DNA of 55,095 nucleotides from Patescibacteria group bacterium (GCA_038064435.1 JBBTTC010000011.1:1-55095), one strand, 5' to 3'; positions 9,705 to 18,438 are shown, counted from the stretch's first letter. Notes: generated by a model from the sequence alone, not told the origin. Numbers and translations: made by a program.

Positions 9705-11539
9705 TGAAATTATCTTACGATTGGTTGCAAAGTTATTTTACTTCGCCGTTACCGCCGGCCAAAGATTTGTTTGCCAGTTTGTCGAACCATAGTTTTGAAG
9801 TTGAGTTGGACGGTGAAGCCAAAATTTTACCCGATCGCTCTGCCGATTGTTTAAGTCATTTGGGCGTGGCGCGTGAGGTGGCCGCGGTGTTGGGGTTAGA
9901 GATGGTGGCCGCGGCTGAGCCAGTTTTCAAGCTTGATCCCGGTCTTGCGGCGCCGACGGTGAAGATTGAAACGTTATTGGCGCGACGGGTAATGGCGCGA
10001 CAAGTCACCGCGTCGAGCTATGGAATGACGCCGGATTGGATCGCACAACGATTGCTGACGGTTGGCGGGCATCGGGTGAGTGGGGTGGTGGATGTGAGTA
10101 ATTATGTGATGTTTGAATTGGGTCAGCCGGTGCATATTTTTGACGCCGGCCAGATTCAGGGACAAATGATGGTTCGTGTGGCTCGAGTCGGAGAAAGCAT
10201 TGAGCTTTTGGGTGGACGGGTGGTTAAGCTTGACGCTGACGTGTTGATCATTGCTGATGAGGCCGGCCCGCTTGATGTGGCTGGCATTCGCGGCGGTGCC
10301 CGGGCGGCTGTGACGGGTGCTAGCCGGAGTTTAATTTTAACCGTTTGTAACTTTGATCCGGTGAGCATTCGTCGCACGGCGCGCCGTTTGGATCTCCTAA
10401 CTGATGCGGCTAAGCGTTTTGAAAACAATTTATCGCCAGCCGCGGCCGCGCCGGCCATGTTGCGCTTAACCGAGTTGGTGCTCGAGTTGGGTCGCGGCGC
10501 TCGAGCTGGTCAGTTGTTTGATTTTTACCCCAATCCTGAATTATCAGTTAAAATAAATTTTGTGCCCCAAGCTATTAACCAATTGTTGGGAACAAATTAC
10601 ACCAACGAAGTTATTAGCCAAAAATTACAAAGTCTGGGCGTGGAAGTTTCTTTGCTTGGCACGAGTTGGCAAGCCGTGGTGCCGGTGTGGCGCCGCGATC
10701 TTAAAATCTGGCAAGACTTAGCCGAGGAGGTCGGTCGTCTTGGGGGTTATGACCAAATTGTTAGCCAATCTTTGCCAGACAATTTTTCTTCGGTTAGTAA
10801 TGAGCCACAAGTTGTTCAAGCCGAGCAGGTTAGATTAACTTTGGCCCAGCATGGTTTTGTCGAAGTTTATGGTTCGAGCTTGCGAGCTAACGGGGAAGTG
10901 AAGTTAGTCAATGCGCCAGCCGTTGGCCGCGAATTTTTGCGATCTAATCTGACCGACGGTCTGATCGAAACGCTGGCGACGAACTGGCCGCGGCGCATTT
11001 TTGATCACGAGTCGCTCAAATTATTTGAGATTGGAACAGTTTTTCCTGCTAGCAATGAAGAGAAGGTTCATTTGGCACTCGGCGCGCGGACGGCCAAAGA
11101 ATTGGTTGATGTATTGACGGTACTGGATATTAAAGCCAGCCCGATTTCCAAGAATGGCTTTTTTGTAGTTGAGGTAGTTTTAACCGATGTAAAATTATTG
11201 TCTGCCGCAATAGATAGTTGGCCAGAATTTTTGACCGACAATCAATATCAGCCAGTTTCGCCCTATCCGCGCATTGTGCGTGACGTCTCGTTGTTTGTAC
11301 CGATTGGCACTGATTCGGCCACCGTGGCCGAAAAAATTAAAGCCGTGGCCGGTCCTCTTCTTACCCTTGGCCCGTTCCTGTTTGACGTCTTTGACAGGGG
11401 AGAGCAGCGTTCGCTGGCTTTCCGGCTCGTTTTTCAATCACATGAACGTACCCTAACTGACGCCGAAGTTAATCGCGCTATGTCTGACGTCACTGCCGCC
11501 CTCAACTCCACGCCCAACTTCCACGTCCGCGAGAGCTAA
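9704..11539 (+). CDS. pheT: Phenylalanine-tRNA ligase beta subunit (short, no B2 OB domain)
   Basis: MKLSYDWL, DRSADCLSHLGVARE, DLAEEVGRL and a C-terminal FDX-ACB domain (RDVSL, SLAFRL, RTLTD). Confidence 0.92.
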   Translation: MKLSYDWLQSYFTSPLPPAKDLFASLSNHSFEVELDGEAKILPDRSADCLSHLGVAREVAAVLGLEMVAAAEPVFKLDPGLAAPTVKIETLLARRVMARQVTASSYGMTPDWIAQRLLTVGGHRVSGVVDVSNYVMFELGQPVHIFDAGQIQGQMMVRVARVGESIELLGGRVVKLDADVLIIADEAGPLDVAGIRGGARAAVTGASRSLILTVCNFDPVSIRRTARRLDLLTDAAKRFENNLSPAAAAPAMLRLTELVLELGRGARAGQLFDFYPNPELSVKINFVPQAINQLLGTNYTNEVISQKLQSLGVEVSLLGTSWQAVVPVWRRDLKIWQDLAEEVGRLGGYDQIVSQSLPDNFSSVSNEPQVVQAEQVRLTLAQHGFVEVYGSSLRANGEVKLVNAPAVGREFLRSNLTDGLIETLATNWPRRIFDHESLKLFEIGTVFPASNEEKVHLALGARTAKELVDVLTVLDIKASPISKNGFFVVEVVLTDVKLLSAAIDSWPEFLTDNQYQPVSPYPRIVRDVSLFVPIGTDSATVAEKIKAVAGPLLTLGPFLFDVFDRGEQRSLAFRLVFQSHERTLTDAEVNRAMSDVTAALNSTPNFHVRES

Positions 11540-11666
11540 AGCGCTAATTAGCTTTAGATAATTAAAATATTGTCTGATCTGCTGTCCCCAATTTGCTACG
11601 ATCGTATGAAATTGGAGACAGTGGCATAGTAGCGTCATAATTGATGCAATAAATAATCAGTGAAAT

Positions 11667-11693
11667 AAAAAGCGCGTGGTGCACACCACGCGC
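11667..11693 (-). terminator. Intrinsic terminator
   Basis: GCGCGTGGTG-ca-CACCACGCGC stem with a minus-strand T run, just downstream of the 11723-11944 gene. Confidence 0.75.
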
Positions 11694-11722
11694 GTTGGGC
11701 AAAGTTTGCCGCACAACCTTTG

Positions 11723-11944
11723 TTATATGTTCACGCTCCTTTCTTTTCCGCATCGGGCGCAGAATTTCCATCCGGGTCGTTTGATGTCATCCCAACTACA
11801 TTCCTTGCACCCGGTGCTCTGTTTAGCGGTTTTGACTGGTGTTGTCACTTTCTTTTCCTCCGCTTTGTAACACACAGCTAGCACACCAGTTGCAGCCAAA
11901 AACATGCAAACAATAAACAACATCACAAGCAGTCCGTTCATCAC
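11723..11944 (-). CDS. Small membrane protein with C-terminal zinc ribbon
   Basis: N-terminal TM helix, CKEC...CARCG, SD-like GGAAAGGA upstream, dedicated terminator. Confidence 0.65.
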   Translation of the reverse strand: MMNGLLVMLFIVCMFLAATGVLAVCYKAEEKKVTTPVKTAKQSTGCKECSWDDIKRPGWKFCARCGKERSVNI

Positions 11945-13407
11945 TGTTTCCTTTCCGTTTCTTGACTCGGAGCCAAAACAGATTTAATTATAAGTCCATC
12001 GGTAACTTCAAACCGATCCCAGAAAAATCCGAGGTAATGTCTCTTAAGGTTGGTAGACGCTTTTTGATAAGCATCGTAGATATTTCTTGTTAGACTCAAA
12101 ACCTCTTGAGCAATATCAACATTTACATTTCGCCCTTTTTCCAATTCAGCCAGTCGAAAATCCACACTTTCTATTTCTTTGGTAATTTCTTGTCGTACGC
12201 GAGTGAAATCATCATCGGTAATAACACCAGCAAAGAGTTTGTCTTCGGCAGTCTTCCTCTTGGCTTCAAAAGCGGTGCGCTGGTTTATACATTCTCGCTT
12301 CTTACGATCATAATCCTGTCTCCTGTCGTGAAATATCGCCCTAGCTTTGGTAATTACTAGATCAATGAACTCTTGACTAAATTCAATCTGTTTAAATTTC
12401 TCTGACACCATGTCTTCTAGCTTATTTTGTTCTATGTATTTACCACAGCCAGATCGATTGGTGCAGTGATAATAAGCCTTTTTCTTGTTGAGATGCCACT
12501 CGGCCGTGTAGCGACATTCGTGCTTGTAGCAACGGATAAAGCCAGACAAAAGCCAAGAAAATTTTCGTCTGCGACAAGCGTGGTTGTTTTTTGCTGTCAT
12601 CAATTTTTGAACACAATTGAATAACTCTTCATCCACGATCGGTTCGTGTCTTCCCCTCTTAAGGTGAACTTCGCCCCAATGCAATTCACCTATGTAGAAA
12701 CGATTGCGCAACATCTCATACATCCGACTATCTGCCAATTTTCCACCACGTTTTGTCCGCAAGCCTCGTTCGTACATGATGTCATTTAGATCAAAAACAT
12801 TATAATTACCAGTTGCATAAAGCTGAAACGATTTTTTAACTAGAGAAAATAGACCAGGATCAATCACGATGTTTTTTATTCCTACTCGCTCTGCAGATTG
12901 CGGGTTTAATGAATTTCGATAGCCAAGTGGTGCTTGACAGGGATAATATCCAGCTCTGGCTTTCTCCGACATCGTCATTATTACCTTTTCCGAGGTGATA
13001 TTCCTCTGAAATTCGTTGAACGACGCGACCATCGTGTCCATCATGATCGAAGTGGCGGAGTTATCGGAAATTGGTTGCTGGATACATCTAAGAACCACGC
13101 CGTTCTTTCTAAAAAGATTTCTTAAACTAATATGATCAGCAACATTTCGGGCTAATCGGTCGCTGTGTACGACATAGATCGCTTGAATCTTTTTCTCTAG
13201 CGTAAGTTTAACCACTTCTTGAATACCTGACCGTTTCAGAGTGCCACCACTTTTACCCTCGTCCTTGATAACACCAAAAACAGAGTAGCCATCCTTGGTC
13301 GCCTCTCGCACACAATTAGTCTCTTGCGATTCGATGGAAAGTCCGTGTATTTTCTGATCCTCAGAACTTACGCGACAATAGATTGCCGCAATTTTATTTT
13401 CAGTCAT
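11941..13407 (-). CDS. Large serine recombinase (resolvase + recombinase + Zn-ribbon/coiled coil)
   Basis: Catalytic YCRVSSEDQ, SDRLARN, GYYPCQAPLGY, LRNRFYIG, HEPIV, LLSGFIRC..YYHC. Confidence 0.95.
   Translation of the reverse strand: MTENKIAAIYCRVSSEDQKIHGLSIESQETNCVREATKDGYSVFGVIKDEGKSGGTLKRSGIQEVVKLTLEKKIQAIYVVHSDRLARNVADHISLRNLFRKNGVVLRCIQQPISDNSATSIMMDTMVASFNEFQRNITSEKVIMTMSEKARAGYYPCQAPLGYRNSLNPQSAERVGIKNIVIDPGLFSLVKKSFQLYATGNYNVFDLNDIMYERGLRTKRGGKLADSRMYEMLRNRFYIGELHWGEVHLKRGRHEPIVDEELFNCVQKLMTAKNNHACRRRKFSWLLSGFIRCYKHECRYTAEWHLNKKKAYYHCTNRSGCGKYIEQNKLEDMVSEKFKQIEFSQEFIDLVITKARAIFHDRRQDYDRKKRECINQRTAFEAKRKTAEDKLFAGVITDDDFTRVRQEITKEIESVDFRLAELEKGRNVNVDIAQEVLSLTRNIYDAYQKASTNLKRHYLGFFWDRFEVTDGLIIKSVLAPSQETERKQ
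11969..11992 (-). repeat. Left junction (att) inside the recombinase 3' end
   Basis: Minus strand TATAATTAA-ATCTGTTTTG-GCTCC, with the same spacing as the right junction. Confidence 0.7.
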
Positions 13408-13470
13408 AGTTTGTTTTGATATTAAGTTACAATCACCCGTATCGGCAACCGTAAGTTATTCACACCGGGG

Positions 13471-14496
13471 CTATTTTTTAAGCCAATAGATATGCCTACC
13501 GTTGTCGCCATTTCGTTTCCCTATTTTGTCTTCTTCCTCCAGCTGTTTAAGAGCACGAATCGTTGTCCCTTTGCTATAGTTTTCTTCCTCCAAAACCTTC
13601 ACTATGACTGACCCCTCCGTTTCGTCACCTTTCTGCTCAAGAAATTCTAAAATAATTCCGGTCGCTTCGTCGCTTTTTGTTTTACTCGGATCATGTTCTC
13701 CACCATAGCTGAATGAGACAGACCTGGTAATATCGCCGTCTTTTTCAAATAAAGCATTTATTGCAAACGGCTTTACCGCCTCGCCCTGCCTAAGTTTGCC
13801 TTGTTCAACAATGATGCGGTCGTCCCTCCCTTTTTCTTTCACGAGCGTCAACAAACAATCAATTCCTGCCAAAATGTCGGAAGAACCACGAAGACTGTTG
13901 GGGCTGTTTTGAGAAGGATAACTTTCTTTCCGGTGATGATGTACAAAGATGACTGATACGCCGATATCTGTAATCCGTTTAAATCGGTTCATTAGTTTGG
14001 CAATGCTTTTCGACTCGTTTTCGTCACCGCGGTGAATGCGGGTCAATGAATCGAAAATCACGACTCGTGCGCCAAGATGTTCGATTTCTCTCAGCAATAA
14101 TTCGAAGTGTTTATCGTCATCAACAAAAAGGTCTAACTCGTATGGGTTGTGGTAACAAATTGGCAGAGTCTTTTCCATACCGAGCAATTTTAAACGTTTT
14201 TGAATGTGTTTATAGTGGCACTCCTTGTCGACCAAAAGCACCGGACCTTGGGTGGTGGCAAAGTTACCTAAAAACGGTTTCCCCGAAGCCACACTCCTGG
14301 CGATTTCTAGCGTTATCCAAGTCTTGAAACTTCCCGGAATACCTGCGATGGCAGTTATGGATTGTTCGGGTATCAATTTCTCCACTAGCCATGAATCTTC
14401 CCCAAAATTTGTCGCCAGAAGTTCCGCAATAGTGGTGACATGTATTCCCTCCATTTTTAACTCTCGCGATCTCAATTCCACAGCATCGTCATTCAT
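13471..14496 (-). CDS. AAA_25 / RepA-like replicative helicase with C-terminal wHTH
   Basis: WLVEKLIP, Walker A GIPGSFKT, Walker B VIFDSL, FVHHHRK, LRGSS. Confidence 0.85.
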   Translation of the reverse strand: MNDDAVELRSRELKMEGIHVTTIAELLATNFGEDSWLVEKLIPEQSITAIAGIPGSFKTWITLEIARSVASGKPFLGNFATTQGPVLLVDKECHYKHIQKRLKLLGMEKTLPICYHNPYELDLFVDDDKHFELLLREIEHLGARVVIFDSLTRIHRGDENESKSIAKLMNRFKRITDIGVSVIFVHHHRKESYPSQNSPNSLRGSSDILAGIDCLLTLVKEKGRDDRIIVEQGKLRQGEAVKPFAINALFEKDGDITRSVSFSYGGEHDPSKTKSDEATGIILEFLEQKGDETEGSVIVKVLEEENYSKGTTIRALKQLEEEDKIGKRNGDNGRHIYWLKK

Positions 14497-14654
14497 GATT
14501 TATTTTTCTTAAGATTTATAATCGAATCCGTTTTTAACTTTTCCTTGGCAACCACAGCTTCATCTAGGAGAGCGATCAAGATTTCCGCTAATCTCCACGC
14601 GCCTTCCTCCAAAGTTCGACCCTTATCGCTTGGTGCTTTTGTCTGGCTAGACAT
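14493..14654 (-). CDS. Small hypothetical protein, first gene of the rep-recombinase operon
   Basis: ATG 14654 lies 6 nt after a -10-like TGTAAT. Stop overlaps the helicase start (ATGA). Confidence 0.5.
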   Translation of the reverse strand: MSSQTKAPSDKGRTLEEGAWRLAEILIALLDEAVVAKEKLKTDSIINLKKNKS

Positions 14655-14679
14655 GAAGTCATTACAACAAAACAAGCCG

Positions 14680-14717
14680 TACCCTTGCACTACCCGACAA
14701 CTATCCAACTAATACCT
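14680..14717. promoter_or_regulatory. Four 11-bp-phased direct repeats (putative operator)
   Basis: TACCC 14680, TACCC 14691, TATCC 14702, TACCT 14713. Confidence 0.45.
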
Positions 14718-14743
14718 AAAAAACGACTCTGCAGAGCCGTTTT
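14718..14743 (-). terminator. Intrinsic terminator after the wHTH gene
   Basis: Minus strand AAAACGGCTCTGCAGAGTCGTTTTT hairpin ending in a T run. Confidence 0.55.
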
Positions 14744-14779
14744 GATGGGGATATAAACAGGAGGGAGTAGGTTGGTGTG

Positions 14780-15481
14780 CTATTTAGAGAGAAGTTTTAT
14801 TCCTCTTCCTAATTTATAGCCACCGCCAGTTGAATTGGGCAAAAAAGCTGATCCGCTTACTTTGAAATGTTTCTCAATCATATTTTTCAACTCCCCAATT
14901 TCTTTAGAAACATACGCGGGCGATTTATTTATTTCTTGGCCAAGTTCTTTTGCGGTAAAACCACCCGACCAATCAATAAGTTTCTCGATAATTTTACGCT
15001 TTGTCCCATCCTTTAGGGTATACGGTTTTTCAACTAGCAGTGTAGATAGCTCGTTCGTTCCACGGTCATAGTGAAAAATAATCTTATCAGCATTTTTACT
15101 ATTTGGTGTTTTATTTAACATCAAGACAGATTTTTTCTTTTGTTGAGAAACATAAAACTCATCGAATGCCGGCCGCTGAACTTCAATGTAATCATAATCG
15201 TGTGTGGATCGAAGGCTAACGGTCGCAAAACCTTTTCCATCAATAGTAGTACCTGTTTTCAATATGTCATATTCCATGGGTGGCGAGGGTAAGATTTTTA
15301 TCAGTCCAAGCCTTTCCATGTTTTGTAGTATCAAAGACTCGTTTGCAATTGGACTATCGTTATCAGAGCAATAAAGTGAGTATCTGATTATTACAGATCC
15401 CTCTTTAAGATAAAGGAGCTTCTCCCTCGTCTTCTCGAGAGTGAGCCATGTGTTTTGCTCAAATTTTTTTTCTGGGGACAT
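14780..15481 (-). CDS. Putative regulator with C-terminal OmpR/PhoB-like winged helix
   Basis: C-terminal FTAKELGQEI..PAYVSKEIGELK..GGGYKL matches a wHTH helix-turn-helix plus wing. ATG 15481 preferred. Confidence 0.55.
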   Translation of the reverse strand: MSPEKKFEQNTWLTLEKTREKLLYLKEGSVIIRYSLYCSDNDSPIANESLILQNMERLGLIKILPSPPMEYDILKTGTTIDGKGFATVSLRSTHDYDYIEVQRPAFDEFYVSQQKKKSVLMLNKTPNSKNADKIIFHYDRGTNELSTLLVEKPYTLKDGTKRKIIEKLIDWSGGFTAKELGQEINKSPAYVSKEIGELKNMIEKHFKVSGSAFLPNSTGGGYKLGRGIKLLSK

Positions 15482-15556
15482 AATAGCTAGTTTCCAGTTT
15501 TTACCTCCTATATATAGCAAAAAACTAAAACTGGTTGATTACAAGCTATCTCCGTA

Positions 15557-15585
15557 TTGAACTACCGTCAAATCGGCGGTATGAT
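15557..15585 (+). promoter_or_regulatory. sigma70 promoter TTGAAC-N17-TATGAT with an inverted repeat (TACCG..CGGTA) in the spacer
   Basis: Read directly. Sits divergent to the wHTH gene. Confidence 0.6.
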
Positions 15586-15592
15586 CTAGGTG

Positions 15593-15746
15593 ACAATTGA
15601 ATAAGTGGTGCCTAAACTCGAGCTTCAGCTTGGGCATGGCATCGAAAGTCAGGTAATGCATAAAAAACCCATCATGGGGTTGCATTACCTGCCATATCGG
15701 GAAACCGGTATGAGTGGCGCAAGCCACTACCCGTGGTGGGCTTTTT
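15593..15746 (+). ncRNA. Candidate structured leader RNA / sRNA
   Basis: Four hairpins including an 11-bp perfect stem, GAAA and GCAA tetraloops, and a terminal stem + U tract. No family recognised. Confidence 0.55.
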
Positions 15747-15748
15747 GT

Positions 15749-16288
15749 ATGGAAAATCTTAAAAATTATCTCAAGTATTATTCTTTAGAAGATTACTTGT
15801 TTAACGAGGTGTCAGCTAATTTTCGAAAGAAAGGTTTCCTTACCACTAAAGAGTTTTTTGCTATTGTCATCTGGAAATCAAATCGTGCCAAGACCAGAGT
15901 TTTAAAAGGGATAAAGAAGAACGGCAAAACCATTAGACAGTTAACAAGCGAGGTCAACAAAGAAAATGACGATAAAAAGAAAGTGGGAATTCTTGAAGCC
16001 ATTCAAGGTATCGGTATTCCAATTGCTTCGGCAATTCTCGCTGTTTGTTATCCTAAGATTTTTACCATCGCAGATTATCGAACAAAAGAAAGTCTTACAA
16101 AGAAGAACAAGGATTTTAAAGGTAAACCAACCACATCCATCTTATCCTATTTAAAATATTCAAAGGCTTGCCATAAGATTGCTGAAGAAGAAGGGCTATC
16201 TTTGAGAGACACTGATCGGGCGCTGTGGGGAGTTGATTTTTACGAAGGTAAAAATGGTTTAAAAGAATTGGTTAAGAACTTAGCATAA
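15749..16288 (+). CDS. HhH-superfamily DNA glycosylase-like protein
   Basis: HhH-like LEAIQGIGIPIASAIL followed by FTIADYR (candidate catalytic Asp), IVIWKS, DRALW. ATG 15749. Confidence 0.6.
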   Translation: MENLKNYLKYYSLEDYLFNEVSANFRKKGFLTTKEFFAIVIWKSNRAKTRVLKGIKKNGKTIRQLTSEVNKENDDKKKVGILEAIQGIGIPIASAILAVCYPKIFTIADYRTKESLTKKNKDFKGKPTTSILSYLKYSKACHKIAEEEGLSLRDTDRALWGVDFYEGKNGLKELVKNLA

Positions 16289-16293
16289 AAATT

Positions 16294-17448
16294 ATGGAAA
16301 ATATGTTTTGCAAAAATTGTGGCGATCCAGTAGTAGGGGGTGAGAAGTTTTGTGACAAATGTGGCAAGGAAATAGTTAGTCAAGATGAATCATCAATCAC
16401 ATCTACCGAAAACATTCCGCAAAGAAAAACGGGGGTACTTGGAGTTAGGAAATTTTATAAACAACTGCTGTTGCTTGCCGTAGTGATAGGAGTTGTGTTT
16501 TTTTCTTTTTCAATATTCAACTCACGAGTAAAAACTGGTGATCAAATTTTTAGTGGAGTTAGTCCAGCGGTAGTCAGGATTGGAGTTAGGTTTGGAGGAA
16601 CAGTTATTGTTCCAGAAATTGATCTTGATCGGAAAACAAAAAAAATAATAACCACAGATAAAACTGTGAGAGAACAGACCACTACAATATGGCTCGGGAC
16701 CGGTTTTATCGTTGACCCTCGAGGTTATATCGTTACGAACGCCCATGTGGTTGATCTTTCCACCGACACAGTAGACTCCTATATTTTTAAGGAATTCGCA
16801 ACTAAATTTGCTTACAAGTATTGGGAGGGATTAAAAGAGGCCGCACCGAATGTTAATGAGAACATTATCGCTGATCTGGTTGCACAGATTCTCGATATAT
16901 ATGGTAAATATGCTCAGGTTAACGATTTAACTTATCAGATAGCTGTTTTTGATCCGAATCAAAAACAAGGGACCTTCGACGAGTTTATTGATAAGGGTTT
17001 CCATGTAGTAAGAGATTCTGGAATTAAGAAAATGGGAGAGCCTTACCCTAATTTCGGTAAAGATTTAGCAATTATTAAAATCGATAGACCAGAAAATCTA
17101 CCAACGGTTAAATTGGGCGACTCTAACAAAGTCAGGACGGGTGATAGGGTGTATGTTTTGGGGTATCCAACCATCGCGGATTTAAATAATTCAGGTGATA
17201 GTGTAACAAAACCGACTCTAACCTCGGGTATTGTGAGTGCTATAAAAAAATCTGAGACTGGAAATTATAATGTAATTCAAATTGATGCCGCAATTGCTGG
17301 AGGAAACAGTGGCGGTCCCGCCATGAATGAGAGGGGGGAAGTGATTGGCGTTGCGACTTTTGGAGCTACTGAATCGCAAGGATATAACTGGATTTTGCCT
17401 GTTAGTTTAGCTAAAGAATTTCTAGACGAATTAAATGTAAAGTATTAA
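16294..17448 (+). CDS. Zinc-ribbon + TM anchored trypsin-like (S1C/HtrA-type) serine protease without PDZ
   Basis: CKNCG..CDKCG, a TM helix, and triad motifs TNAHVV, DLAII, GNSGGP. Confidence 0.85.
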   Translation: MENMFCKNCGDPVVGGEKFCDKCGKEIVSQDESSITSTENIPQRKTGVLGVRKFYKQLLLLAVVIGVVFFSFSIFNSRVKTGDQIFSGVSPAVVRIGVRFGGTVIVPEIDLDRKTKKIITTDKTVREQTTTIWLGTGFIVDPRGYIVTNAHVVDLSTDTVDSYIFKEFATKFAYKYWEGLKEAAPNVNENIIADLVAQILDIYGKYAQVNDLTYQIAVFDPNQKQGTFDEFIDKGFHVVRDSGIKKMGEPYPNFGKDLAIIKIDRPENLPTVKLGDSNKVRTGDRVYVLGYPTIADLNNSGDSVTKPTLTSGIVSAIKKSETGNYNVIQIDAAIAGGNSGGPAMNERGEVIGVATFGATESQGYNWILPVSLAKEFLDELNVKY

Positions 17449-17470
17449 AAATGTTAACAGTCATAAACCT

Positions 17471-17884
17471 ATGAATAAAAATAAAATCTTACTGGTGGAC
17501 GACGACAGATTCTTGCTTGACATGTATTCAACTAAATTTGCCGATCGTGGTTTTGAGGTAGTTACCGTCACCACCGGCCAAGAAGCCCTGGGCAAGCTTG
17601 CGGGTGGCCTGATGCCTGTCGCCGTGGTTACCAATATTATAATGCCAACAATGGATGGCTTCCAACTAATTCAATCCTTGCGCGACAAGGGCTACCAGCA
17701 CCAAATGGCAATCATTATTCTTTCCTCTCTTGGGCAGAAAGAAGACATCGAGATGGGTATAAAATTGGGTATTGATGGTTATATTGTTAAAGCTTCCTCC
17801 ACGCCAACCGAGGTGGTAGAAAGAATCATCTATATCATTGAGCAAAAGGGGGTCTCAAAACCATCAGTACCGCTTAATCAGTAA
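17471..17884 (+). CDS. Single-domain response regulator (receiver), phosphoacceptor Asp replaced by Asn
   Basis: KILLVDDD, VVTNIIMPTMDG, IIILSS, YIVK. Confidence 0.85.
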   Translation: MNKNKILLVDDDRFLLDMYSTKFADRGFEVVTVTTGQEALGKLAGGLMPVAVVTNIIMPTMDGFQLIQSLRDKGYQHQMAIIILSSLGQKEDIEMGIKLGIDGYIVKASSTPTEVVERIIYIIEQKGVSKPSVPLNQ

Positions 17885-18078
17885 ATAAGCCGATCTCATT
17901 ACTCCTCGTATCTCGCGTATAACCGCTTTAACTTCTCGTTACACAAGCGTTGTTTTGGCTTTAATGCAAAGTATTGGGTTGAACACTTCCACCTCGTAAC
18001 GAGGAGTATACGAGGTAGTACTAAGTCGGGTTTTTTATGAATCAGGGAGAGTATTATATAATCACGATAAATAATTCT

Positions 18079-18438
18079 ATGGCGACAATCAGACAAAAAA
18101 GATTAGCCGAAGTGATTATCAAAAACTCAACATTCGGTAAGCTACTTAATGCCGGTGAAATGCTGGAAAATGCAGGGTATAGACCAAGTAGCGTTAATTA
18201 TCCAAAACGAGTGATCCAATCAATCGGCGTGCAAAAAGTTTTACACGATTATGGATTCAACGAAGATAATGCCAAAAAAGTGGTGGCGAGTGTGTTGTTG
18301 GACAAGAATTGCGATCCGAATACTAGATTGAGAGCGGCTGATCTTATTTTCAAGATTTGCGATTCTTACCCTAAGGGTGGTATATCACTTCCTGTTCATG
18401 TTATTGATATGGATAAAGAACGAGCCAAGTACGCCTAA
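18079..18438 (+). CDS. Hypothetical helical protein, terminase small subunit-like
   Basis: T.RQKR start, AGY..S HTH signature and RLRAADLI helix resemble phage TerS. ATG 18079. Confidence 0.45.
   Translation: MATIRQKRLAEVIIKNSTFGKLLNAGEMLENAGYRPSSVNYPKRVIQSIGVQKVLHDYGFNEDNAKKVVASVLLDKNCDPNTRLRAADLIFKICDSYPKGGISLPVHVIDMDKERAKYA

Noticed and set aside
15605-15748. ORF-track N-terminal extension of the glycosylase-like gene
   Set aside because: The region is dominated by RNA hairpins and a terminator-like element; protein-like sequence begins at ATG 15749.
17899-18096. 65-aa minus-strand ORF over the repeat cluster
   Set aside because: It overlaps the TerS-like start, has no recognisable features, and the region is better explained as a cis-acting site.
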